A stretch of DNA of 64,000 bases from Octopus vulgaris. Taxonomy: Eukaryota. A program made the position numbers and the translations under genes. The stretch lies in assembly GCA_951406725.2 (NCBI GenBank), contig OX597831.1, positions 24,428,001 to 24,492,000 on the forward strand, written 5' to 3'. Positions 26,325 through 39,737 of the stretch are shown piece by piece. The notes below the pieces were generated by a model. The model had not been told where the DNA came from. It did not search any database and saw only the letters and a program-made list of their open reading frames with translations. Position 1 is the first letter of the stretch, and each line of letters starts with the position of its first letter.

Positions 26325-26544
26325 CAGTGCTTTTCAAATTTTTTGCTGGAGCGGAACCCCAAGGAAACATTCCACTGGCTCGAGGAACCCCTGTGCAATA
26401 ATTTAATAGTTTTATGCACACATATCTGCACAGGAGAATTTAAAAGTTACTGCCGATTTTAGCAGTTTTGTAACTTCTTACGGAACCCCTGGACTGTACT
26501 GGCGGAACCCTAAGGTTCCGCGGAACCCTGGTTGAAAACCACTG
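26325..26544. mobile_element. hAT (Charlie-like) MITE
   Basis: 8-bp TSD CTCTAGAG; TIR CAGTG(C/G)TTTTCAA; repeated GGAACCC subterminal motifs. Confidence 0.9.
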
Positions 26545-27299
26545 CTCTAGAGAATGCAAAGGTTGTCATACTAGTAACTGTATTGCCTGACGAGTAGAGA
26601 ACTGCAAGTACAATAGATATAAAGATAACAGACATCAATGCATCTTCTCTACCACAAGAAACTCATTCTACTTCCTTTCATATTTTAATTTCTTAACACT
26701 TACCACAATGCTGCCTCTGTCTGTACTATAGTCCCATTCAGATGTTGGTGATCTTAGTCTTGCAAGCTACAATGGTGATCTCACTAATGCAGGTGCCATG
26801 AAAAAAGCACCCAGTACTCTTTGTAAAGTGGTTGGCATAAGAAAGGACATTCAGCTGTAGAAACTCAGCCAAAACAGACACCAGAGCATGATGCAGTTCT
26901 CCAACCCATCAGATCCTGTCAAAATTGTGCAACTGTATTTACAAATGAACAAAAAGTATTCGTTACATGTTATTAAAAACATTGCATATGTTTGTCACAA
27001 GTAAACATAATTACATAAGCCCTTCTATGGTTTTTCTTCTGTTGGACATATGGTTCACTGCATCCATCAGAGAACAGAAATGAAATTAGTATTTAACATT
27101 AATCTTCCATAAAGATGAATGTTAAATATTAATGATTTTCAACACAGGAAAATGGGAAAAATAAAACTGCATTGAAAATACGCTTCTCAAACTCTGATTT
27201 ACGAAGAATACCTTTATCATGGGTATAGTGAGCTAGAAGTTTTATATAATATTATAGTATACTCAGATGCAACACAAACAGAGGAACAACACTGGGAAC

Positions 27300-27492
27300 T
27301 GTTAAAAAATGTATAAGTGGGATTACAGAATACCATGCAAAAACAGGGGTAACAAAATGCCTTTCATGGCCAATAATTGGAAACAACTGAACAAGATGGA
27401 AATAGAGAAATAACGTTTCCAAACTGGCAAAACAGTAGAGTGGTCCTCAAAGGTGAGACTGGAGGATTCTTGATTGCAGCATGAGATCGAAA
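27300..27492 (+). mobile_element. Dong/R4-clade non-LTR retrotransposon remnant
   Basis: FHGQ* and VLKGETGGFLIAA*D resemble the R4/Dong LHGQ..LKGETEGLIIAAQDQ segment. Confidence 0.6.
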
Positions 27493-27526
27493 AAAATACA
27501 TTAAGTAACTGAGAGGGTTATGTATG

Positions 27527-27571
<45 letters not shown>

Positions 27572-27603
27572 TTTATTTTAAGCAGCAGAAAATTCAACAA
27601 AAT

Positions 27604-27641
27604 CTGTTACTCTGAGTTTCTCGTTGCCGTTCATCAGACAG
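27604..27641 (-). ncRNA. Minimal type I hammerhead ribozyme motif
   Basis: Exact inverse of 27727-27764. Confidence 0.7.
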
Positions 27642-27726
27642 TTTTTGCTAGAATGGCATTCTAGAATGCCATTTGCTAGAATGGCATTCTAGAATGCCAT
27701 TTGCTAGAATGCCATTCTAGCAAAAA

Positions 27727-27764
27727 CTGTCTGATGAACGGCAACGAGAAACTCAGAGTAACAG
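27727..27764 (+). ncRNA. Minimal type I hammerhead ribozyme motif
   Basis: CUGU-CUGAUGA-ACGGCAACGA-GAAAC-UCAGA-GUA-ACAG: stem I CUGU/ACAG, GCAA-loop stem II (A-A at its base), quasi-palindromic stem III. Confidence 0.7.
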
Positions 27765-27884
27765 ATTTTGTTGAATTTTCTGCTGCTTAAAATAAAGCAT
27801 ATTACTCTACCACTGGTATTTGAGTACTCTTTTTTCCACCTTGTTTCACATTTATGTGTTTACTCCGGTATATATATATATATA

Positions 27885-28262
27885 CATGCATATGATGGGC
27901 TTCTTTCAGTTTCCATCTACCAAATCCACTCACAAGAATTTGGTCGGCCCGAGGCTATAGTAGAAGACACTTGCCCAAGGTGCCATGCAGTGGGACTGAA
28001 CCCGGAACTATGTGCTTCATAAGCAAGCTACTTACCACACAGCCACTCCTAACAGTTTCAAACTGTGACACAAGGCCAGTAATTTTGGGTGAGTGTGTAA
28101 GTCGATTACATCAACCCTAGTACTCAACTGGTACTTATATTACTGACGCTGAAAGGTTGAAAGGCAAAGTCAGTCTCGGCAGAATTTGAACTCAGAACAC
28201 AAAGACAGATGAAACGCCGCAAAGCATTTCACCCAGCGCAGTAACAATTTTGTCAGTTCGCT
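27885..28262 (-). mobile_element. Family A 5' half plus family B SINE
   Basis: Reverse-complement matches to both consensuses. Confidence 0.8.
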
Positions 28263-28744
28263 AATAATAATTATAATAATAATAATAATAATAATGATGA
28301 TAATAATTGCCTCATGGCAAAGTAAGTGTTGCTTGTTGTGTTGACTTAAACAACAACAGTATTAGACATCATTTACAGTGACAGTATTAAACATGACATT
28401 GAAAGATTGTTCAGTTTACCGATTCCCAAACAGACCATTTCCTTTGCATTTACAAATTAAGCTTTCACCGTAAAAATCAGGTTGTGTTCAAATCAAACAT
28501 CATCAAACAAGAAGGCTGGAACTTTCTAGGGTATGTGAAGAAATTAAAAAGACAGGAAGCTTTGCAGCATTAGTACTTAATTAACTACTGTTTTGATAAA
28601 CACTGATACACTGCTTCACTGAATTAAGACTTCAATGCTAATATCAGCACTGATTTGTTGATTTTCCCCCACCGTATATAGTTCAGCTTGCTGTGTCTCT
28701 GCTAGGCTGACTCTCATATTTACAAATGTTTGTCTACATCCCCT

Positions 28745-28749
28745 TATAT

Positions 28750-28803
<54 letters not shown>

Positions 28804-28818
28804 ATGTATATATATATA

Positions 28819-28849
<31 letters not shown>

Positions 28850-28934
28850 GCGTGTGTGTGTGTATATATATGCGTGTGTGTGTGTATATATATGTGTGTG
28901 TGTGTGTATATATATATATATGCATGTGTGTGTA

Positions 28935-28975
<41 letters not shown>

Positions 28976-29207
28976 ATATATATATGTGTGGGTATATATA
29001 TGTATGTGTGTGTATATGTATATATGTGTGTGTATATATATATGTGTGTGTATATGTATATATGTCTGTGTGTACATATGTGTGAGTGTGTATATATATA
29101 TATATATGTATATATATATGTGTGCATATATATATATATGCATGTGTATATATATATATATGTGTGTGTGTGTGTATGTATATATAATATATATATATGT
29201 ATGTATG

Positions 29208-29241
<34 letters not shown>

Positions 29242-29252
29242 TGTATGTGTGT
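28745..29252. repeat. Compound (TA)/(TG)/(TATG) microsatellite
   Basis: Direct reading. Confidence 0.95.
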
Positions 29253-29608
29253 ATTACCAACTAACTGAAGGAAAAGTTTGTTGGTATTTATAGCTCACTA
29301 GTTTTAAACATATCTTCTAACATGGAGAAAATTGGTTCAAACTCTCCTACAGGGTCCGTTTGTGCTGACTATTTGAATTATGTCTCCTTCACAACTTTCG
29401 CACACTCCACATTTATATTTGTCCTTTTACTCTCAGTTTGCTTTTCTCTCTATTCATCATTGTCTCAACCTCTCTCCTTCCTCTTATATAGCTGGGTTTA
29501 TATATATATATATATATATATCTATGTGTGTGTGTACGCACATACATGTATATGTATACATACATACATACATGCACTTCCCATAACTGAGTACCACAGC
29601 TTATATGA

Positions 29609-29657
<49 letters not shown>

Positions 29658-29659
29658 TA

Positions 29660-29886
29660 CTCTTTTTACTCTTTTATTCTTTTGTTTCAGTCATGTGACT
29701 GTGGCCATGCTGGAGCAAATCAACCCCAGGACTTATTCTTTGTAAGCTTAGTACTTATTCTATTGGGCTCTTTGCCGAACTGCTAAGTTACAAGGATGTA
29801 AACAAACCAGCATCAGTTGTCAAGCAATGGTGGGTGCAAACACAGACACACAAACATACACACATACATACATACACACATACACG

Positions 29887-29961
<75 letters not shown>

Positions 29962-30160
29962 TGTCTGTGTCTGTCCCCCTGCCATTGCTTGACAACTGAT
30001 GTTGGTATGTTTACTTCCCTATAACATAGTGGTTCAGCGAAAGAGACCGATAGAATAAGTACTAGGCTGGCAAAGAATAACTCATAGGGTCAATTTGTTC
30101 AATTAAAGGCGATGCTCCAGCATGGCCACAGTCAAATGACTGAAACAAATAAAGGAATAT
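29660..30160. mobile_element. Inverted pair of family A 3' halves around (CA)n
   Basis: - copy 29660-29850, + copy 29960-30160. Confidence 0.85.
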
Positions 30161-30660
30161 AATGATGTGATCTTATAATGTTCCTCCAGATATGTCACCC
30201 CCCACACACACACATGTACATATACATATGCATACTATTACAGGTAGATGTTTATGATTGCATAAATATTATACCTGTTACCTTGTTTCAGTCATTGAAC
30301 TCTGGCCATACTGGGGCACCACTTTGAAAAGTTTAGTCAAAAAATAGACTCTCCACTAGTTATTTAAAAAAAATCTTGGTACTTATTCAAGTGGCCATTT
30401 TACCAAACCACTAAGTAATGAGAATATAAACAAACCAACACAGGTTGGCAAGCGTTGCTGGAGGACAAACTCATACAGGAAGACACGCACACATATATAT
30501 ACACACACACGCATACTCTTGTTTGGCCCAAGATTATAGCAGAAGACATTTGCCCAAGATGCCTTGCAGTAGGACTGAACCTGGAATCATGTGGTTGGGA
30601 AGCAAATATTTTACCACACAGCAGTGGTAAGATGTTAAGTGTGTGTGTGTATACACACAC

Positions 30661-30699
<39 letters not shown>

Positions 30700-30745
30700 G
30701 CATATACATAAAATGTGATATATATAAATATATACACATAAAATG

Positions 30746-30792
<47 letters not shown>

Positions 30793-31546
30793 TATATATA
30801 TATACATATATACACACACACTATATATACATACATACACACACACTATATATATATGCAACATATATACATACATACATATATGTTTGTGCGCTTACAT
30901 GTGCATAAATGTGTATAATTGTAGAAGTTTGTATGGTATAATTACAGTATATATATATATAAATATATATATATATATTGATATACTTGCTTGTGTACAT
31001 TGTTTGTGAATGTGTTTATATATATGTGTGTGTGTTTAAATTTAAGCACACACATACATGTATACATATACAGGCACACACTCATATATAAGCATCAACT
31101 ATGCCAGTCCATTACATATACATGTACACAGATATTTATTTGTGTGTGTGTGTGTGTGTGTGTGAGTGCCTAATGAAAGGAAGGAATTTATTTGAGACAA
31201 AAGAAATTGCAAAATATGCTGTTGAGTTAAAACAAGAATAATTAAAATTTGAAAGATATATTTTGAAATGAATTAGTAAATTTCCTTAGTCTAAAAACTG
31301 AAGTCTCAGGAGATGGAATAACAAAACCGATCAACACTAACAAAAACATGAAGACATACTTCAATATAGTGGTTATTAAAAGGATATATTATCTTAGAAA
31401 TGTATATAATGGAAACATGGTGATTATGTTGTTCTATGTGTTGTTGTTAGTTACTGTTTCTTTTCCATCTTCTTAATTCTTTGAGATGTAATCAATGTGT
31501 AAATATATCTATCAAGCTTATTCTTTACAGCTGTTCACACACACAT

Positions 31547-31582
<36 letters not shown>

Positions 31583-31757
31583 CTTTGATGCACACATATG
31601 CATGCGCACACTGCATGATGTTATGCATAATTTGAAGGTATATGTGTGTGTGTGTATTTGTGATATGTATTAGAATATATTATATACGCATGTACGTTTA
31701 CATTTCAAAGTGTGTGAGATTTATGCATGTGGGTGTGTAAACATTTGTGTGTCCAAT

Positions 31758-31789
<32 letters not shown>

Positions 31790-33073
31790 TGCATAGCTTG
31801 TATGCCCAGACACAAACAATTTTGCATCTTTGGGTGTTAGTATGCATTAAGCAAATATGTAGAGATGTAAATTCTGTGTGTGTACATGATATATTCATGT
31901 TAGCATATGTTTATGGAGAAATATTTCTCTCTCTCTCTCTCTCTGCACATTGTGTGTGAGTGTGTGTGTATACATACATATATATGTCTGTGTGTGTATA
32001 TATATATATACACACACATACACACGCATATATATATATATATATATATATACAGTATAGCAATTGCAAGGAGAACACATCAATTGACATATATTAAGAG
32101 ATATGTACAATGAATGCTTAGATTTGTTTACCACTAAAACTTCAGCTTCAAGTGCAAATGGAAATGAGGTGTTAAAATTGCCAATCTAAGGTGGCTAAAA
32201 GCAATACCTGATTTAGCAGGTATAAATAGATCAGAAATTGAAGCTGGACAAGCAAAACATTTAGGAATTTTTTGAGGATATTTACTTTATAATAGTGACT
32301 AGAAATAAAGTATAAATAAAACATAGGACAGTTATGGTAAATAAGTAAATTCCACTACAGCTGTTTCTAGAATACTTGATTAAGTGGCTCATGTTAATGT
32401 GTAAGGAATTTACATGATCCAAGTATCCTGTTATTGGAAAGATCGAGGTAAAACAGGATAGAAAGATCCTTAAATAAGGATCTTTGTTGTTGTCAGCAAG
32501 AACAAGAGGCAACTTTATTTGGTGATTCCATGATTATGTAATTAATGAATTAATGAAGTCAGAGAGTTAATGTAGTGTGTGTGTGTATTTATATATATAC
32601 ACCATATTTGTGGATAGAATTTCTTTATTTGTATATTAAGGCTACCATTGGTTTCATGTTAAATAAAGTGGGAAAATATCCTAGTGTGTTAACAGTTTTT
32701 CAAGCCAATCACATGGAGAAAGGTGTATATAATTATCTTATTTTGACCCGAAAATTCCACAGATACTATACAAAAGAATAAATGGTATAAACAATGCAAT
32801 CTTCTCCTCAGGAAAGTGAAATAAACGAAACTCGTCAATAAGACATTTTAGCAAAAAATGATATAGACAGAACGCTATTAATATTGTTTAAAAAACGTTA
32901 TATGATATAATGTCATAAGTAGCTAACAGAAAGAGTAGGGATATTAATAGTGAATGTTAAATATAAAGGAAATTAAAGTTTAAATTATATATAATGATAG
33001 AGACTACTTATATGCCCTGGTAACTATTTATTTATTTTTCCGTGTTAATTGTTAACAAGGTTAAAATACACTC

Positions 33074-33150
<77 letters not shown>

Positions 33151-33807
33151 TTCATGCATTTCAATAGGGATTTTTTGTATCTATTAGTCTGAAGGGAAAG
33201 CAATGCCTGTTACCCTATTATCCTTTCCAGGACTCAGAAGACTGGTTAGAATGTTATTCTCACAGCAGGTGCTAAACCAGAATGCTTGTCACAGAATTGT
33301 CTGCTAAAGGTACCAATATTATGAAATGGTGGCGCTAAACCTTGGGATAGATAAAGTCTACCAAATATGTCAGGTGGGAATGGATTTTAACTCAGAATGG
33401 GACAAATACTACAAAGCACCCTGTCCCATCGTTTACAGTTCTGCCAATCAACCGTTCCAGATTGTTTTTTATCTTTTTTTTTTTTTTTTGAAACTCAATT
33501 AAATGAAAAGCCTAGCAGACCCCCCAGCAGCATTTGAACTTAGAGCAAATAGATTCAAAAGTGTGGCAGATATTTTATCCAACTCTCTAAAGAATCAGCC
33601 AATTCACTGACTTAAATATATTTGTATGAAAATTCATATGGCCATATGATGAATGTTAGTGCATTAAAAATGTGCATAGTTTTAAATGAAAAGTTAAGAA
33701 AATCATCAAATCCCATGTAGATATCATTACTTTCTCTCCTTTCTCTATACTTTCTCAGCTTATACTAATGATTTATACATCCAGTTGAAACAATGGAATA
33801 TATTAAT

Positions 33808-33856
<49 letters not shown>

Positions 33857-34160
33857 TATATATATATATATAAGACACATGCATATATAGATGCACTCAC
33901 ACACACAATATATATAAATATATAAAGGATACATAAAATGAGAATTTGATTAAATAAAACAATGTTGTCCATGTGTAATAAACCAACAAAAACAGAACAA
34001 TACTGAAAAATAAAAGCTCAAAAAATCTGTATATTTATATGATAATGTTTGTATATAAATTTCATTGTTTTATCATAGTTCTATAGAAAGACAATTAGTT
34101 GATTCTATTCATCTCTGAAACAGACAGCAATTTTGTTGTAAATTCATGAGAAAAGAATAC

Positions 34161-34225
<65 letters not shown>

Positions 34226-35610
34226 TGTATGTATGTATGTATGTATGTATGTATATATATATATATTCAAATCATTTATAAATATATATGCGTATATGGT
34301 GATTAATTGACTGTCATGCGTGTGTGTTTGTGTGCGCACGCGCATGTATGTTTAAGTGGGCAAATGAAAGAAAAACAGACTTGGTACTTTGCATAGAAGT
34401 TATATTTCATTTAATTGTAGTGGGTTTTGTATATACATATATATGCATGTGTATGTGTGTGTGTATATATATATGTGTGTGTGTGTATGTGTGTATGTAA
34501 CGTATGTATGTAATGCATGTATGTATGTGTATATATGTATTATGTAATGTATGTGTATGTATATATGTGTGTATATATATATGTATACGTATTTGTCTAT
34601 ATATATATATATATATATATATGAATGTTTATATATATATGTTTGTGTATATGTACATATATATATATGTGTGTATATATATATGCATATATGTGTGTAT
34701 GTATGTGTATGTATAAATATGTGCATATGTATGAATGTGCATGTATTACATATATATATGCATATGTATATACGTACATGTACCTATACACATGTACACC
34801 TATACATAAGTATATCTGCTCATGCAGGCATATGTATATGCACTAGCACATCTATACTTACACAGCTTGGGGAATATTGAAGTTTTATCTCACTTTAGCC
34901 AATTCTGTTTTGTTATCATATTTCATGAGGCATTTAGTTTTTGTTAACAATCTTACATATACACATGTGTGTGTGTATGTGTGTGCTTATATAAATCTTA
35001 TGTATTGTTTTGTTATCATTAAGTCTTATATACATTCTTCAGCATTGGTTTCCTTTTTCTGTATAGTTTTGTATTTGCATAAACATATTAATCTATATAC
35101 ATTTACAAAAATGTATACATTCATCATATATGTATGTATTTATGTACGTGTCGTAAATAAATGTTTAGATAATTAAATATTAATTAGCTTTTTAAAATAT
35201 TGTAGAAAAATTATATATGGGAAAGAAATATGAGATGTTAATGAAAAATATAATCTTGTATTCATCATCATAGCCATGATCACTATTATCATCACAAATA
35301 GTTTGCACAGCACATATGATAGCTACTGTATCTTTCATTGCCAGTTGAATCTCGACAGCAGCCTTAGCTAGACATCCCTTTTACTGGTTCCATGTTCAGT
35401 TCCTAACCAGGGAGTCTTTTGAAGGAGAGCAAGTCATCATCTGAAGTTGATCAGTTCATGCTAACCTCCCAGTCTCAGTGATACCAGCCCTAAATTTTCT
35501 ATGATGATGTGGATTATTTTGATGTTTGGTAGTTCTGTCAACTAGACAAAATCAGGATAGAATACATTATTTACATTTGATGGATAATTGTCCTCTTCTT
35601 GTTTGTTGTT

Positions 35611-35656
35611 AACACAACGTTTCGGCTGTTATACCCTCCAGCCTTCATCAGGTGTC
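35611..35656 (-). ncRNA. Minimal type I hammerhead ribozyme motif
   Basis: GACAC-CUGAUGA-A-GGCUG..CAGCC-GAAACGUU-GUGUU; palindromic AACGUU stem III. Confidence 0.75.
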
Positions 35657-35716
35657 TTGGGAATTTTCGAACCTGGGTTCTCATTCCTAAGGTATTTTTT
35701 GATTATTATTATTATT

Positions 35717-36269
35717 GAGTGAGAGAGCAGTTCATGCCATCAAAGTGACAATGGGGCAAAATATACGAAGACCAATATACCCATCATGACTACCCGTCTG
35801 ATAAAGGTACACCAGGCACATGCATCACAACCATATGTGCGCGACATGGTAATCTCATATCAAGATAAACAGCACATAACCTTGCTGGTGGGGCCCAGTT
35901 AGAATTTTCTTCAGGTTGAGTAGCCCATACTGCTCAAACGGTCCCTGAATAAGGGTTGTTTAAGGATGTTGAAAGAACCACCCATGTTTCCAGAGGTGAA
36001 CTATTCAAACCCCAAAGAATCCCTCTCAACACATGGCTATGATGCTCCCCCAATACTTCTGCTCGTGATCAGAGATGCACATATCGTCAGCCACTAAGGG
36101 ACATGCTCAACTGGTTAAGGTCAAACAACTGACAAGCAAATCTGTGGTATTGAGCAGAATATTTGCTGTAGCCCATCTTTTATACCAAGACAAAACAATG
36201 TACATGATAACACTTCCAATCAGTTAAGATCAGAAGCCATGAGAGCCTCTGCCTGGTACTGCATCAGGG

Positions 36270-36270
<1 letters not shown>
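35717..36270. mobile_element. Family D (ATT)n-embedded repeat, full length
   Basis: (ATT)n on both flanks. Confidence 0.85.
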
Positions 36271-36337
<67 letters not shown>

Positions 36338-38135
36338 TCACTACCTGGAATTAAACTCTTAACCACTACACCGTATGGCCATTGTGGTTAAGAGCGCAAG
36401 CTACTAACTCCAAGATTCCGAGTTTGATTCCTGGCAGTGACCTGAATAATAATAATGATAATGATAATAATATCGAAAAATACCTTCGGAATGAGAACCC
36501 AGGTTCAAAATTTTCCCAAGACACCTGATGAAGGCTGGAGGGTATATCAGCCAAAATGTTGTGTTAATAACAAACAAGATGAGGACAAATATCCATCAAA
36601 TGTAAATACTGTACATAATTCCTCATCTCTTAAATATAGAACTGTATTATCAGGATAGAATTTCATGCAATCTCAATCTTTGTCATTATAATCAGTTATT
36701 TCTCTAGATTCTTTTCATGGTTATATTTTGGTCTCGCAGAATGGTAACATTAATAAACTGGCATTCACACCTATTCCTGTTTACCACAATAATATGAAGT
36801 CTGTTGATTACAGCTATAATATCAAGTCTTTGTATAGAGAAATATCATAATGTCTTAGATTTCTCTCTGCTATCTAGGACACATTGTGGACAATAATTGT
36901 ACCACTTAAGCACCAGACTCCAATGAAGTTATGGTCAATGTTTGTCACGTCTTTTTTATCATTCCTTTGGAATTAGTACTTTACACTCACTTACCATATT
37001 AGTGACACTTTACTATACTAATTCCATTAAGATGACACTGATCACTTTCACTAAGAAGGAAAGCCATTCCCAAGACAGGTGAGTTCTTAACTTTGGTGTT
37101 TGATGTTCACAGTTACCATGCAATAACTTCCAATTAATACTTTTATTTTCTCCAGAGAGTCTCACCTCTTTAACTCTTCTCCTATCTTTGCCTCTACCTG
37201 GCCCATTTTAATTAATGATCTATTTATTCTCAATACATTCTGTCCCACTTATAAAATTTCTTCCTCCACCTGTGCATTTCATGTCTAGCACTTCACACAT
37301 GGCTGAATTACATTTACTTTTGGATCTAACATCCTGTGCATGATCCTCTTCTGTGATCCATTTCATTAATCTCAGCTTTACTCTATTTGATGATCGATGA
37401 CACCGTCTGACTCTAAATTACACACCTCACTGTGATCTCACAAATGGCTAGAAACAGCAACTAAATTCCTTCGACTCGCTAGGTCGTTCAGCGCACTAGA
37501 AGTAACATCAAAATATCCTTAAATCACACGCTACTTCTTAAAAGAAAAATACATAAATAAGACACTTTGGATGGATCACCAGAAGCTTTGACCACTGAGA
37601 ATGTCCACTAGGTGTCAACCCATTTCAACCGAAGTGAATAGAATTTATAAGGCGGTGCTCTAACATGGCCACAGTCAAATGACTGAAACAAGTAAAAGAA
37701 AATTAAGAATGTAATAGAACTCAAGTGGTTACAGTGAGAATCAAGTTACCCTCACAGGCTCCCTTGTATTTAGAATGAACTCTCCTTCAGCCATCCAAGC
37801 TCAGTGCCTCCCTGTGCAACACATTAAGATGATTGCCCTTTTTATACGTTGACTTAAAATATGTAATCCAGTATTCCCGGATGCCATCCTGAGTTCAAAT
37901 TCTGCTGAGGTCGACTTTACCTTTCATCCTTTTTGGGGTCGATGAAATAAGTACCAATTGAATTCTGGGGTTGATGTAATTGACTCATCCCCTTCCCCAA
38001 AATAGTTGACCTTGTGGCAAAATTTGACACCATTATTATTATTATAAGGGCAATGGATTTGACATAACTGATTGTAGGGCAGAGAAAATACCACACAGTA
38101 TTTATGCCTCTTTATTTTCTGAGTTCAGTTCACAC

Positions 38136-38456
38136 ACTGTGGAGGGGCGTAGCTTAGTGGTTAGGGCATTTGGACTGAGATTGTAAGGTCGTGAGTTCAA
38201 TTCCCGGTGATGCGTTATGTCCTTTATTTCACATTGCTCCAGTCCACTCAGCTGGCAAAAATGAGTTGTACCTGTATTTCAAAGGGCTGGCCTTGTCACA
38301 CTGTGTGTCACGCTGAATCTCCCTGAGAACTACATTAAGGGTACACGTGTCTGTGGATTGCTCAGTCACTTGCACGTTAATTTCATGAGCAAGCTGTTTC
38401 GTTGATCATACAAGCTGGGACCCTTATCGTTGTAACCGACGGAGTGCTCTTTTTTT
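38136..38456 (+). mobile_element. tRNA-derived SINE (further family)
   Basis: A box TAGCTTAGTGG, B box GAGTTCAATTCC, poly-T end, 12-bp TSD TTCAGTTCACAC. Confidence 0.85.
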
Positions 38457-38819
38457 TTCAGTTCACACTAAGGTTGATAAAAATACATAAAGTACGAGGA
38501 TATCAGTTAAATTGACTATTTTCCCACCTTCTAAATTTAGTAACTTTTATTTATTTTAGATATCATTACAATATTTCAAAGAATAAATCAAACACGTTAA
38601 TTACTCAGCGGTGTAAGCTCAGTAATTAACCTGATGATTTACTCTTTGCGATATTATTATTTTTTTTTTTTGTCTATTAATGCATAATATTTTATTTCTG
38701 CTCTATGATTCTGTCATCACTACTTAAGTGTAATGGCATCTATATTTCACTGAAAAGGTTTAACAAGACAGAAACACTTCTGAAATTGTCTTCCATACTT
38801 TCGTAACTAATTAAAATAA

Positions 38820-39033
38820 TATTCTTTTGTACTCTAGGCACTAGGCCTGAAATTTTGGGGGAAGGGGGCCAGTCAATTAGATTGACCTCAGTATGCAATT
38901 GGTACTTAATTTACCGACCCCCGAAAGGAAGAAAGGCAAAGTCGACCTCAGTGGAATTTGAACTCAGAACTCAGATGAAATACCGCTAAGCATTTCACCC
39001 AGCATTCTAAGATTTCTTCCAGCTCATCACCTT
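38820..39033 (-). mobile_element. Family B Nin-SINE (tail type 2)
   Basis: Reverse-complement match. Confidence 0.85.
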
Positions 39034-39145
39034 TGATGAAATTGATGTAAGTCAACAAATGTGGTTGATATGTCGTTGTGTTTACATTGTCTTTTCCTAC
39101 CATATAACTCCCTGCAATTAGATTTTTTTTAAATATTCACTACTA

Positions 39146-39737
39146 GGCGTAGGAGTGGCTGTATGGTAAGTAGCTTGCTTACCAACCACATGGTTCCAGG
39201 TTCAGTCCCACTGCGTGGCACCTTGGGCAAGTGTCTTCTACTATAGCCTCAGGCCAACCAAAGCCTTGTGAGTGGATTTGGAAGACAGAAACTGAAAGAA
39301 GACCGTCGTATATATGAATATGTAAATATATATATATGTGTGTGTGTGTTTATGTGTCTGTGTTTGTCCCCCCAACATCGCTTGACAACCGATGCTGTCA
39401 TCACTACTTAAGTATAATGGCATCTACATTTCACTGAAAAGGTTTAACAAAACAGAAACACTTCTGAAATTGTCTTCCATACTTTCGTAACTAATTAAAA
39501 TAATATTCTTTTGTACTCTAGGCACAAGGCCTGAAATTTTGGGGGAGGAGGGGGGGCAGTCGATTAGATCGACCCCAGTATAAAATTGGTACTTAACTTA
39601 GCGGTTCAGCAAAAAAGATCAACAGAATAAGTACTAGGCTTACAAAGAATACGTCCTGGGGTCAATTTGCTTGACTATAAGCGGTGCTCCAGCATGGCCG
39701 TAGTCAAATGACTGAAACAAGTAAAAGAGTAAAGAGT
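39146..39737 (+). mobile_element. Family A SINE containing a 200-bp templated insert
   Basis: 39395-39600 duplicates 38711-38913. Confidence 0.9.

Larger units (their letters stand above)
24813..27085. repeat. Dispersed ~150-bp inverted repeat pair (24813-24966 / 26933-27085)
   Basis: TTTCATTTCTGT(C/T)CTCTGATGGATGCAGTGAACCATATGTCCAACAGAAG... on opposite strands. Confidence 0.9.
27571..27868 (+). mobile_element. Penelope-like inverted pLTR element (HHR family 1)
   Basis: Perfect 94-bp arms 27571-27664/27704-27797 plus a 3' tail; inserted in (TA)n. Confidence 0.8.
35564..36648 (+). mobile_element. tRNA-headed, hammerhead-bearing inverted element (HHR family 2) with nested family D repeat
   Basis: 13-bp TSD ATCAGGATAGAAT (35551-35563, 36649-36661); inverted arms 35564-35716/36448-36612; tRNA-like head ~36375-36445; unique 3' tail 36613-36648. 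Confidence 0.8.

Noticed and set aside
36520-36565. Active plus-strand hammerhead
   Set aside because: GAAAC has decayed to AAAAT, so only the inverted copy retains the core
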